Shown here: positions 33,381 through 46,400 of the stretch, one piece after another
Numbering within the stretch: position 1 is the first letter of the stretch
Layout of the letters: the number at the start of each line of letters is the position of its first letter
Assembly: GCA_964187785.1 (NCBI GenBank)
Contig: OZ076409.1
Span: 39,682,001-39,742,000 of the forward strand
Source of the DNA: Amphiscolops sp. MND2022
Lineage: Eukaryota
Length of the DNA: 60,000 nucleotides
Direction of reading: 5' to 3'
Made by a program: the position numbers and the translations under genes
The notes under the pieces: model-generated
The model's database searches: none
What the model saw: only the letters and a program-made list of their open reading frames with translations
What the model was told of the DNA's origin: nothing

Positions 33381-35549
33381 AACTTACAACTCAAAACACT
33401 CAGAAACTTTGTCAAGATTTGATTTGGAAAATTACAAGTTTCAGCAGAAATATGCCTGAGGGAAAAACACCACCCCTTTTGAGAAGCACTTGTCCAATGA
33501 CCCTGAAACTTAGCATGCATATACCAGAAGTGCTAACTCAACTTTTTACTTGATCCGCCCTACCTCGTATCTCCCCTGGGTTCAGAGCAATTAACACCCA
33601 AAGTGACCTAGGTCGGACCCCATGAAAATCCAATGTCGATGTAATAATAATTATGTGCTTTTCTCATTTGACCTTGAAGGAAATGTAACTCCGTTGACAT
33701 TTATTATATTTACGTTGTGTAAACATACTTTCTAGCCCACCTAACCAACATGCCAAAACACCACATAGTTTGTTTACATAGCCAATAACTTCATTTTATG
33801 CTTTAAATGTCATTTATTTATACAACATATTTCAACTGATATTTGCTTATATTTACTGTAGAATTGTAAACGATATGTATACCAATATTAAATAGAGACT
33901 TTCTCCACTGAATAGCTCTAGTCAAGTTGGGTCGCAGGACCGCGAGGCTAATTAATCAACTTCTCAATCTTCACAACTTTTCGCTAGAGTCAGAGCGACT
34001 AAGTAGCTACTCTCATAGGTGGAGAGCCGGAGCGCGTGAAGATACTGTGAGGGAAGTGTGCTACGGATCACATCGGATCCAAATCAGTGCAAAAAGGAAT
34101 CGCAGAAGATTCCACGGGTCACATCGGTCCCATCAAGCCAAAAGTTACAGTCCTTGAAAACAAGAAACCAGGAACTGTTTAGTGACGGTCCACAGCACTA
34201 AGCAACGGATCAGGGCGGCGTGAAGCTTGTCAAGCCTCAGCGCAGGACAAGGGCAAGCAGCCGTTACAAGCTCCTTGTCGTAACATTGGTACCGAATTTT
34301 TTTGATGAGAGCTCTGAGGTTATTGAGACAGTCTTCGTTGAGGTGGGTAGAGATTAAAGTACCGGGCCCCAGTGATGTGTCGGACCACAATCGGTACCTC
34401 CTAGTAACAAGGGGCTGAACTTTGGCATTGCTCTCACCTACTGGTTGCAAGAAGTATTTTACTTGATACGAACGTGCTTTATTTTCGTTTCGTTCAGGTA
34501 TGCCATTAACGTAAACTACCATTGCACCTTGACAAAAAAGCTCGTGAGCCACTTGACTTGCAGATGGATTGGATTGTAGTTGGATTCTTCAAAAAGTACA
34601 AGTCGTTTCGTCCGACATAAAGAATAATGATGTCAGAAAAATCCTTGGGGGAATAAAATTGTAGACGTACCGAACACAATCACCAGGTGGAGAAAGTATA
34701 TTCAAGTTTCCTGCCTCTAAATTCCTTGCCTGTGAGTCAGCAATCAAAAGCGTTTTTGTGGATGGGGATCTGTATACATGATAACGTGACTATTTTGGTG
34801 TAGACGTTCAGAAACATCTCGAAATTGTCATTTGGACAAGTGTATTGGATATTTGTTCAAATGACGTTAGCTTTCGAAAATTGACAATTAATGCATTTCA
34901 ACTTGTCAGTGGAGTCTAATTGAAACCAACTAAAAGATTTGGGAAGACGGGCTCCAGGAATATCGATCAAAACCACTTCGTGTCCGTGGGGTATACTAGA
35001 CTATTCTGGGGTAATGACAAAAATCGAAGGATTGAAGTAAAACTAGGCCATTTTGGGCTGGCACTGTAAAATGTGCAATAATGCTCAATGTCCAAGAATT
35101 GAGATTTCAAAGGTTTTGGGTACCATTTTTGTGAAAACCAGGTTCAATTTTAACAAAGGGTATTTCCCTGAATATAGAATTCACCTCTGAACGTATACAA
35201 ATTGAGGCCAAAAAGGTAGTAAAAACAAATACTAATGCTCTAAAAGTGATACATAAGTGTTGAATATTGGGACTGTAGTCATTAGATGTCCGGGAGGTCG
35301 GCGTCCCAATAAATGGTCTCGTCTATGTTCAGTTATAGTATTCACGGACTCTTGTTTTCTTCATATCAGTGGACCATCCTGCTGTTTCAGGAAAACACCA
35401 TTGGTAAAAAAAGAATCATTTATTTGACTCATCATGGGTTGAACTTGCGGAACAATAAAGATAAAAACAATTGTAAAAGGAAAAGATGACATAAAACACG
35501 TCACGATTATGTTGAATCAACTTTTACTAATGAGTTTTATTTTGGAATC

Positions 35550-36650
35550 TGTTTACTCAACTCCCATAGAATCACGGTAACTCCGTCTGGGCGTTTGTCA
35601 TCATTCGCTAAACTCCAAGCGGGTTGAGCATTGAAGGCAATTCGAGAGATCCTAACGTCTGCTTCATGAGTATTGAGGGTTGCATGATGTGAGTTGCAAC
35701 AAGCACTCTTCGTGCAAGAAAAACCGTGTATCCCGTCCCGTTCGAGTTTTTCACAACAGTGGCACGTATGCGCAACACAGATGATGGCTCTGCACCGTAA
35801 AACAATTGAAATCCGAAGCTGCTGATCATCACGTTTCAGGACTAGGTTCTTGCAAGGAACGGCGTTCTGCCAGTGACCCCGATATGCCTTGATGATCAAT
35901 AAAAATTTTCAAACGTTTGTCATCCAATCAAGAAATCAAAGTTTGAGCGGTTTTAACGTAGACAGGTTGGGTCCAATTTTGTGGGTTTCATCGAGAGGAC
36001 TCTCCTGTTCATTAGTTAACCTCAACCATTTCCCAAGCGCTTTTGTGAACGAAACATCCTCGAAGGATTCCGAGAAAATTGTCGTGAGAAAGTCACTCGC
36101 ACCAAAAAGCTGAGGCCAAAAAGCCGGAAGGGCTAATAATGATGCGGCAGAAACCCAAAGACCATCCATTTCTGGGGGCAAAGCCATCTGAATACTCGAA
36201 ATACTGTCGAAATTCACGGTACTCACTTTGGAAAGTCTGTCGCGTAGGTATTTTTCATACTTTTGCGAAAGAACTGTACGATTTAAACATGTACTGGTTC
36301 TCAAAAAAACAACAACATTACGCCGAGTGTGAGTACTTATAAACCTAAGGGTGTGTTTCAAAAGTTTTCACCAGCATGATTTGTCGGTTTTCAAATTCAA
36401 TTTTGAAGATTACGTTTTCTTTGGGCTGAAGGCTTTCGATCAAACAACGGAAAACAAGTGAGGCCAGGTCAGCGCCCCTTTTGGTGCTTACACTTACTTG
36501 TCGACTTTTTTATCTTGTTTGACGTAATTCGAAGACACGGTATCCGGCACATTTTGTGGTTAATTGGTGAAACGTAATGCCTTCAGCGATAGAACGAAGT
36601 CCTCCGTCGGACTTTTTCAGCGCAATTAGTGTCGCAACAAAGAAATACGC
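35550..36650 (-). mobile_element. Second, deleted copy of the CRE-type element at 6497-9050
   Basis: Colinear similarity to ~6590-8180 with an internal deletion; KRPDGVTVILWE, HGFSCTKS. Confidence 0.85.
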
Positions 36651-37888
36651 TTTTAGGCTTCTCATTTACATAGAGTACACTTATTCACTCTACCCGTTTC
36701 CACCGCATTTTTTTTCTCGGACTCCAAAAAATATAACTATTAAGCATAGAGTAAGTTTCGCATTCGCATTTGAATGCAGGCGAAACTCTCGGATAACGAA
36801 TAATCAGCACTCGTTCGCTTCATCAAACGAGAAACTAATTGTTGTCGGCACATTGAGAAGTAAAATTCTCATGCTATCCGCTCTCTGCCGAACAAATTAT
36901 CTGGAGTTTTTAGTAGGTACTAGAAACCACGCTAAACATTGTTCTGAAAAAAAGTCGAACTTTTGAGATTTTGATATTAATCATGCCATCACAGAAATAT
37001 TACCAAGAAAACTTGTGTGAAAAGGACCCTCGCAACAGATGAAAAAGACGTCGTTCAGATTCACTTCAAGAACTCAACGACGTTGCTGGATATTGATAGC
37101 TCGGAGAAAACGTGGGTGAACTGTCCGATAAGATGAAATTTGATTTACATATTGCTGACAAAATAACTAGCAAATTCAATCGTAACTGTCATAGGAAATT
37201 GTGAAACTGAACTGTCATTCGATATGTGCATTGCTTAGAACGCTTGTGAGATCTCTTTTACAAAAATGCAAGCTAGCATCCTCATTTCCAAAAACGTTCT
37301 TGTCTTCTGCTTTTCAAAACACTGGTAAAAAATACTAATTACTTTCTTCACAGAGGATGGACCATCTGCACAGTCGTATCACAGACCTTCTGTATCATTA
37401 GTCGCCGGTTTTAGCAATCATTGTAACCCCCTGCTTTGTTCAGCAGTGAACTACCGGATCCTAAATGACTTGATCACATACAACTTCAAGACCAACGTTA
37501 TAATAGCTCCAAGAAATATCCCTCCTGTATCGGACTTTTCAATTATTCAAAAAACTTTTGATTTATATTGTCAATTTTTTTTTCAAAATATTCCGCCTAG
37601 GACAAAATATCTTTTCTCCAGTACTATGTATATCAGGAAAAACGTACTCCGAAGATGATATTCACTTTTCTCGAAACGGTAATTCAAATTTTTCGTTTAC
37701 GCTGGTAAATTTCTATCGAGTAATTTACAACTTTTGTACTGAGGGATCGAAACCATTGCCAAATATCAGAGAAAAAAGTACCATATATGTACAAAACACC
37801 TCAACGGTGGTGGAATCTTCTGTTTTGAACGCGATAAAAACATGTATCACATCACATCACAAGCTCGACATGATTGTGAGAGAATAGC

Positions 37889-37964
37889 TATAACAGGACT
37901 CGAACCTGCATCTCAAATCAAACAAAACTAGCAGTCAAGCTCCTTTACATTTAGACCAAATGGC
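37889..37964 (-). pseudogene. tRNA-Ser(GCT)-like pseudogene / SINE head
   Basis: Minus strand reads gccatttggtctaaatgtaaaggagcttgactGCTag...gcaggttcgagtcctg, with A-box-like, anticodon-arm and B-box motifs; stems degenerate. Confidence 0.55.
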
Positions 37965-38049
37965 TAATTCAATCTCATCAATCTTTCGAATTATAACTAA
38001 CTAACCGTTGTTATAATATCCCCTTCTAGCTGAAGCTGATGCAACACAG

Positions 38050-38760
38050 CTCCCAGTAGAACACAACACTGGACATGATTCTGCCACCTCTAACATTGGC
38101 TCGAACCAAAGCTTCCAAAGAGACCTCAGTCTACGATACTTTCAGTAGACATCTAGACATGTTGCTGAGATGTCATTTTGATCATTTATGCGATGAAGAG
38201 ATTGCAATACAGCAAATGCCGAACAAAACATCCAAAATGCGACCATTCAAGGAATTCAAAGAGTTCAATAATCACATGTCAAAAGGCAAGATCTCCAATG
38301 CCAATAGATGAACCAAAAAGAGGTCCTTCATACACAAAGCACATAAACGAAAGCCAATCCGTCATGAACATACTTGAACAGAAACACTCGAATCTAAACC
38401 CATTCGACGAGTTATATTTGTGAGAAAATGTTATGAAGAAATGCTACCGTGCCATTACACCGTTTTTGACACGATAGATTCCAGTGCAATCAAAAGTTCT
38501 GCTATAAAACAAAATGAATCGCATAGCCCTCAGTCTTGAAGGCGAACGGATGGCGCAGAATCCTGACCGTCTCCATAAACTCCTGTCGAAATCTGTAGAA
38601 CAAAAGCGTCACTCGCCAGAGAAATTGCAACAACTGAAAATGACCAATCGTCTTATACAGTACCATTTAACGCTTAAAGACTCTCAGCATTGGATAAGAA
38701 TCCAGGCGTCAGACTTGTCGGGGTCTGGATTACCAACAGAACAACCCAACCTCGACATGA
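38050..38760 (+). mobile_element. CRE-like retrotransposon N-terminal fragment (second family)
   Basis: Broken MILPPLTLARTK, KGKIS, ILEQKH and IDSSAIKSSA motifs; paralogous to 39720-40050. Confidence 0.55.
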
Positions 38761-38775
38761 TTGAGGAAAGTGTTA

Positions 38776-38908
38776 TTACAGGACTCGAATTTGTATCTCA
38801 AGACAAACCTAGCTAGCAGTCAAGCGCCTTAACAATTAAATCAAAGAACCTATTTCATTTCCGCTTGCTAGATTTGTCTTGAGATGCAGATTTGAGTCCT
38901 GTAATGGC
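38776..38908. repeat. Inverted pair of the tRNA-Ser-like repeat
   Basis: ttacaggactcgaatttgtatctcaagacaaacctagc (38776) versus gctagatttgtcttgagatgcagatttgagtcctgtaa (~38867-38904). Confidence 0.7.
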
Positions 38909-39152
38909 TCACCAGACTCACCTATCCTGCAAGGCGCACCAGAATCCTGTCACCACAATCCTGCTCTAAATCTTTGCTTTTGTGTCTAAATAGTTGGTTG
39001 GTTGCTTTAGTCGTAGAGCTGATATTGGTGGCTAGTACTGAATGTTGTCCTTGAACTTTGTAACCGCGAGGTAGTCACTCATTTGAAATGGGAGTAATAT
39101 AGCAACCGCTACTTTGGTCAATACATCTACACGGTTTGCTCGAAATATCGGA

Positions 39153-39220
39153 GCTCAGGTGTAGCGGTCACCACCTCAGTTCGCGTTTTGAAAGAATAGG
39201 TTCGAATCCTATCAACTCTG
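39153..39220 (+). pseudogene. tRNA-derived fragment (Pol III A/B boxes)
   Basis: ggtgtagcggt ... ataggttcgaatcctat T-arm hairpin. Confidence 0.45.
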
Positions 39221-39239
39221 AATCGTTGCTCTACACAGG

Positions 39240-39660
39240 AAACGGCGGTGGATGTATGGATCGAATCAATTTGCGCGAATATGCAATCTGTCACTTCGAA
39301 CGAAGTAAAATCGTCAAAAAAAAATTAGATCGAATCAATTATTTCAATTGACTAGCGTTTTCAAATAACCATGTTTTTGACCTCCGGATATGCCCACATT
39401 TCCTCTAGTGCCCCTCGGCCCCTTATGCCGCTTATGTTCCCACGATGCGATCGTAGTGTGAGCTGGTCATTGCGAAGGTGGTAAAGCGAGCGTACATACA
39501 CCGTGTATGACCCCATGTTAGGTGGGAAAAAGTACCTAAATTATTTCAAACGCTTTTGAACGCTTTACAGAAGCAAAAATCTAGCAATAATTTTTGTTCC
39601 ATTTTCGATATCGTTTTTCCATCACAAAAAAATTCGATCTCAAAATACCCCACCATTGGA
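39240..39660. mobile_element. Third, truncated and more diverged copy of the 9-bp-TSD MITE
   Basis: Reverse-complement similarity to ~1075-1550; TIRs missing. Confidence 0.8.
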
Positions 39661-39699
39661 AAAACATTTTCTTCAACTTACCCAACAATAAAAACGGAT

Positions 39700-41050
39700 A
39701 TAAGTTCTTGAATATCCTTAACACGTTCCTCGCTGTCACAATCCCAACAAATCCAGATGAATCGAAACACGCACTCAAACTGGCCATTATTCTGCCACAC
39801 CTAGCAGTAGCTAGAACCAAAGCTTCCAAAGAGAACTCAGTCAACGATACCCTCAGTAGACATCTAGACAGGTTCCTGAGATGTCATTTGATAAATTAGC
39901 GATGGATGAAGAGAGTGCAAAACAGCAAAGGCCAAAAAAAAACATCCGGAACGAGTCCACTCAACTAATTCAAAAAGTTGAACAATCACATGCCAAAAGG
40001 CATGATCTCTAATGCCAAAAAATGGACCAAAAAGACGTTCTTCATCATCTTGATGTTCAAAATGACAAAGTCGAACTTGCACAGCTTAGTTTTTCCAAGT
40101 CATGAAATTGTTTTTTAGAATGAACGCAGAGTGCTCGGCTCGATCATAGGCAGTGACACTGAGTGTAACACTGACACAAAAGCTGACTGAATATTCCGGA
40201 ACGTCTCCACAATCCCTTTCCAAAGCCAATTCACAAGGAGTTTCGCATAAGACAACATTGATCAACAAGAACACACCGCATAGCGAAAACTAGCTGTAGC
40301 AGGCAATGGGGGACGAATTGTTGCCAAAAACGATTTTATTCAGAAACGTGTTTTCTTCACCAATCAAAGACGGTGGTCTAAATATCTTGATGCCTGATAA
40401 CCGGGCCCATGCCGGCACAAAAAGAATGACAGAAAAACCTTTTGAAAACGATACCATAACAAAATCAATCGGTCAGTTTGCCATAACTGAGTCAATCCGA
40501 AAAGAAAAACGGAATTGGTTGAAAAAGAAACGAAGCCATTTGATTGATGAATTCGATAATAACAAATGTTATTCACCCCAATTTGCCTCGGAAAAAGATA
40601 GTCAAACTGGATTCAACGTTGCAACTTTATGACTTTGACCTGTCTGAATTCACAGACGGAAAAGCTTTCAGGTATGGGGTGAGAATACCTTCGCATTTTA
40701 CTACCTTCGCGATGCCTTGTCTCAAAGTGGGTACACTCACAGGAGGCACAAGGAATACAGAGACAATTTGGGCAAACTGATGGACGAGGTCTGCTACGAC
40801 GTATCAATCGAACTTAAATTTCAACCGTTACAAAGTGAACGCTTTGACAAGAAAACCACAACTCGGGAAGATGAGGCTCGACTGGACATCAAAGCAAACG
40901 AACTTTGGAAGTCAAAACTCACCAGAACAGTTTTCGTCAAGTTTTTCAATCGGCATAACAAGTTTTGCCTCAAAAAATTGCAGAGGCTCACAAACCAGAC
41001 AAGGCAATGAAAACAAACAAATTTGAAAAACGCCTTGTCCTAATCAAGAG
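39700..41050 (+). mobile_element. Degenerate CRE-like retrotransposon (RT C-terminus + RLE)
   Basis: SPIKDGGLNI and GYTHRRHKEYRDNLGKLMDEVCYDVSIE..QPLQSE..EDEARLDIKA RLE motifs. Confidence 0.75.
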
Positions 41051-43461
41051 AACATGTTCTGTTTTTTCGTGCCTTGGACGCGCAGGCCCATTAGCGACCA
41101 AAGCAATGCGACGACATGCTGGCTTGACTTGAAAACTTTCAATTTCTCTCCACATCCCCTCAATTGTTTTCTATTTTCACTGAATCGTTGCGGAGCATGT
41201 CAACCCTAAAAAATACTTTTGGTCCTCGTTTTGTTTTCATGCAAAAATATATATGAAACAAAGATTTTCCTCTGCCAGAAAGGCAAGTCGATTTCCCTTC
41301 CACCACTCTCTTGACTTGATGTTGCTAAAAATCCAATGTATTATTCAAACCAAAACGAACAGGCCAACAGTTCGAACGCCTTAGCTTTTGAAAGCAGCCT
41401 GTACTTTTTCATGTCGCGACCCGGGACAGTTGCGTTATATTTCACTATCTTTGACTTCTTTTGTTCTTCAATTCTCAGCTTTGTTTGGTTTTCAGATACC
41501 CAACTGGTTTGCTCTCATCCTAAAGATTTGCAACATCCCTAGTTAACTGGACATCGCAATCAAGTCACAGAGGGTATCATTCTAATTACGTTGGGTTGAC
41601 CAAATCGTGATAGGCCAGGCAAACAGTGGAGAAATTGGATCTCAAAAAGTGCAACGTTTTAGCCAAATGACCCCAAAGTGGTGATGGTGAAGAAAGGCTG
41701 TACAACTCAAGTGTTGTTGTTTTCTGACGTCTTGAAGCCTTCATCCAACTCCGATGGAGAATGTAATAACTTGAGGTGAGGTTTGGTAAAAAATTGAAGC
41801 AATATAACTGACAACCTCAAAATTTGAAGACATTAAACACTGAAGAAAAACATTGCCAATCAAGCATTCACGAATTGGTAAGACGAACGGGTAAGAAAGT
41901 TGCATTCACTTGCTCGAAGGAAAGTTTCAGTTGGAGCGTCCCAAGGTAATGCAACATCAGACTGCAAATCTGGACCAAACCTATCAAGAATGTGCCATTT
42001 ATTTCGAAAACCTACCTGGCTGCTCTGTAATCAACCACAAATAGAGGAAGAAGGCCACTTTTAACGTTTTTGTCGGATCAAGAAAACAGTCAGATCAAGT
42101 TTTCAATGCCCATCATAAAATCAATTAGAAAATAAAGTTAACGGCTTCGTTGATAGCACAGGGCGTCAGATCCAGTAAAATCAAAGTTCAGCAACTCAAG
42201 TCAATGGTTGAACAAAGTGGTTTTCGTTCACGACAAATTTTTTGTACATTTTGTCTAGGGTTGTGACCAAAAAACAACTCTTTTCTGCAGATGAAACGCT
42301 CACAACTGGATCTCCACGGATAATGAGATTGAGCAGTTATTCTTCATTGCAAAACCAAAGCCCTTTGATGGAACTAGTCTTTTATGAATCGACAGATCGG
42401 TAACCGAATCTCCAGATTTGCACGGTGTGAATCAAAGTCTTTCAGTCAGTGGCATTTTTGGTATCGAAAATTACGACAATTAGCTTGTACAAATTGCGAT
42501 CAATAGTGAAGTTTGCGGAAGTCAGAAAATGCAGATGACAGTTCACGAAAACTTGATTATTGCAGACAGTTGTTATGATGTTCAACGAATGAAAAGACAG
42601 CATCCACAATTGACAGGCTATCCTGCAAAACAATGTCCGCCTGAAAGACGTGAAAATCATCCTTGCTACAGACTGTTTTCTCATAACGAGGCCATCATCA
42701 TATCAACGTGGTTACACAGGTGAACCACAGAGTGAACCACGGTCCAAAAAGCACTTGGATGGACTGGACTGTGAGTGGCCTTCTCCACTCAAGTGTCAAA
42801 CTTGAGCTCATGCCATATTTCGATTGTTCAAACCAGCGGAAGGAACATCAACGAGGAGATCAAGGTTTGTTTGGACAATGAAAGCAATCGTTCGCGAGGG
42901 AAAATTGATGGATCATCCAGATCAGATGGCAGCAGATATTCCGTGGGAATGTTGTGGAGTTATCCGCGCTCTACGTTGCCAGATAACTATGGAAGCGCTG
43001 CTGAGCAGTTTTTGTCACATGAGTCTCGATTATCCAAGACACGCAATTGAAGATATCTTTTTCTGATATAAATAAATTAAATGCAGATTTTGGTTACATT
43101 CAAAAACTGGACCCAAATGACATTTGTGAGATCAGATATGACCCTCAGGGTTATGTACCTCATCACCCAGTGAATATTACTAATAAACCTGGAAAAGTGA
43201 GACGAGTCTGCAATGCTGCAGCGACTTCGAAGGGATAATTGAACATGATTTCAGTTGTTGACCCTGGTTTGTAGTAAATTATCTTTGGTATCTTCTGTCG
43301 TTTCCAAAAGACGCTCACCGAAGTGATTGAAGATATTGAAGCAATGTTCCTGCACGAGAAATACCTGTAGAAGACGACAATTATCTACGTTTCACAGATA
43401 ACGGGAACAAAATTCCTGTTGGTTCGAAAATCGTCACCCGCATATTTAAATCAATGCCTTC

Positions 43462-46400
43462 TGATGCCGTTTGAAGGCAACTTTGTTAACAATTATTAAT
43501 TTTCCCATTATGGTTGACCTTCAACCTTGACCATGTAAATCCACATAGAATAGTGGTTAAATACATAAGCCATGAGGTTTGAGAAGCGGGTTCGAACATG
43601 CCGGGACCCGAAACTTTTTTATTCTTTCCGACTTTTTCTCCCTGTTAACCGTGACCCTAAACGACCCCAAACGAACGTACCTGCACGTCAATCATTTGTC
43701 TCTCTTCTGTTTTTTTGTTCTTAAACAAGTTTAACTATACATGTAACATGGCAATTACGTAATTGTCTAATAGCATAATTGTTTTGATAAACATACTGAA
43801 ACGTCATTCAACTCTCTTTGTGTTGTGACTGTCTCTGGTATCATACTGTGATATTATGCCGAACACAAAAAAAGCCTATCAAATGTCATTACTTCTATCT
43901 ACCTTGTTTGAAACGACGACCACCAGAGCAGTTGAAGTGAGCCACATTTTTGGTCCACCAACCCGTATACCGCTACCACGCGAGAACCCGAGCAACCGGT
44001 GGAACAATCCGGTCACATTTCGAGGATGATTTTTCCTAACGCTTCCTGGTCTTCCCGAACCCGCTTTTCTGGGCAGACGCGGATGGTACAATCTTCGATA
44101 CGCCCGCAACCCACAACATAATAAGACGAGGAATTGTAAAGTATTTTTGACAAGAAAAACTGTTAGTGACACAAAATTATTCAAACTTCAAGAATTTAAG
44201 GTGAAAAACTTTTTTTAATTCCGTGCTCGCACAGCCAAAATATATATAGGCAAAAAGTACCCCTGAATGGTTTTCATACGTGAGCAAGTTCTTTTCACCT
44301 CGCTTTAGAAAAACTTCCCGCTAAAGCAAAAAAGATGTATGCAAAAATTGTGTACACAGCGCTGAACTCAGTTTCACCTCTGTTTGTAAAAAACCCCCGT
44401 AAAACTGAGCAGTAGATTCTAAAATACTTCTTTCGACATCGAAGAGACCTCGTAATTTGGCATGACGTACTAAATAACTCGATTAGTCACCACGTTTCTG
44501 GTAATTATACTTCTTTGACCCCTCAGCAACCGGTGAATACATTCAATCAGTTTCGGTCAAGAGTTGCAGCTTCGCTTTTCTGCCGATGAGACGGCATGAA
44601 AGACATTTGCGCCCTCTTGAAGCGACGGTTTTTCACCATCAGTATTTTGAAAGACATCATCTCAAAACTTAAGGCAAAAAGCAATTTATGGTGAAACCTT
44701 ATCAGGCCCTTCACCAAAAACATGAACCAAAAATCAAATCTGAAGGTGAGCTGGTCCCATTTCACTGTTAAAACGAACTGGTTGAGACAACTCTCCTTGA
44801 TTCCAATACGTGGCTACAAGTGGAGGCTGAGGTGCATGAGCGCATGCAATCTCAGTCTTCGGAATGCAGAACAGACGAAACCCCAGCACTAGCCAGTAAA
44901 ACTAAAACATCGACTACGGGCGTTTGTATCGAAGCAGTCAGATAAACGGCAGGCGAAGCCATCTTCTGGCTCGCAACAGAAAGTTTCTAATCCGGGCATG
45001 ATGTGTAGAGGTAAAAAAACCCCTACACAACGCGCAAGACTTTATTGCAGAACAACAATTGTGCTTTTCTTGTTGCGGAGCGAATCATGTGTGCAGAAGT
45101 TGTCCTCGTCCAAGGAAATGCGAGAAACGTGGTTGCCCCAGCTCACACAATCCTCTTCTTCACGGAGCTGAACGTGTCTTCCGAAAACATCAAAAACATC
45201 CCCCGTCAACAAAAAGGCTGAACGAAAAGTCAAAATCATCGACTGAACGAAACACTCAACCAACGCAAAACAATGTTCGAGGTACCAACTTCGCTTCTGT
45301 GACGGATGTGAAAGTTTTGCTGCAAGTAATTCGTGTTCGTCTCAAGTCTGGCGAACGGACCGAATAAGCTTTAGTTAAATGTGGTTAAGCATTTACTCAG
45401 TCAATCCTGGCACACTCCTGGCTTCCAACGAAGCTGAAGCTAAAGGGAACGCAGGTACAAATGACTGTCAGTGGTATCAATTCCAAAAATCCTTGAGCAC
45501 TTTGGCTGTTAGTGTTAAAATTACACTGACCGACCCGACAAGTGATTATTGCCATCCTTTGAAATATTTTTGGAAGAAGACTTACACGTTGGTTCGGACG
45601 TCTTTGATGTTGCTTGCTTACAAGAAAAGTATGCACATCTCCAACCATTGGAGCTACAGCGCCACAGCTATGCTGAAGTGGAAGTGGTCACTGGCCAGGA
45701 CGCGTTTCACGCCATGCGACCTCTGGAGTATTTTGTAACTGATTCGAAAAATGCCCCAGTTGCCGTCCGACTTCCTTTAGGATGGGTGTTGAGTGGAACC
45801 TTGCCATCACGTTCATGTCTATCTTCGACTTGCTTCTAATCCAACGTAGAGAACTTCATGTGAGCTGATCAAGTGAAACGTTGGTATGACATCGAGTCGT
45901 TCGATGCATACATGTCCGCTCTTTCCTGTTCGAAAGCCGACAGCCGGCTCTTCAAATTTTCGAAAGCACGTTTTTCCACGTTACCAAGGGGCAATTTTAT
46001 GTGCTGAAGATAATTGCAAACGTCCTGATATTTACTTCTCTGCTCTAGTCAAGCTTAAATCACGCAAGAACAAGCTGAACAAAAACGCGACCTAATGAGT
46101 AGCTATAGCAAAACTATTCAAGATGAACTCGACAAACGGTTACATAATCAAAGTTTTACCACATAACCCTTCTCGGAGATCAGACCGAGAGTGGTATCTT
46201 CCACATCATGCCGTGGTTAACCAGCATAAACCAGGTAAAGTGCGAAGAGTTCTAATCGGCGCTTCCAAGTTTCATCGTTGTTCGCTCAACAGTTGTTTGT
46301 TAACTGGTCCTGATCTGTTACAGAGTCTTAGTCATGTGTTTTTCCGTTTTCGAGAACATAGGTACACATTTTCCGCGGACATCAAGGCTCTGTTTATGCA

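Noticed and set aside
33600..35500. Possible LTR/PBS remnant (~33684-33945) and minus-strand endonuclease fragment (VYRSP at ~34770)
   Set aside because: Motifs too short and degenerate, and no partner LTR was found.
36650..37880. Short ORFs in AT-rich sequence
   Set aside because: No recognisable motifs or splice structure; probably decayed repeat DNA.
37889..37964. Functional tRNA gene
   Set aside because: Acceptor, D and anticodon stems do not pair properly; treated as a pseudogene or SINE head.
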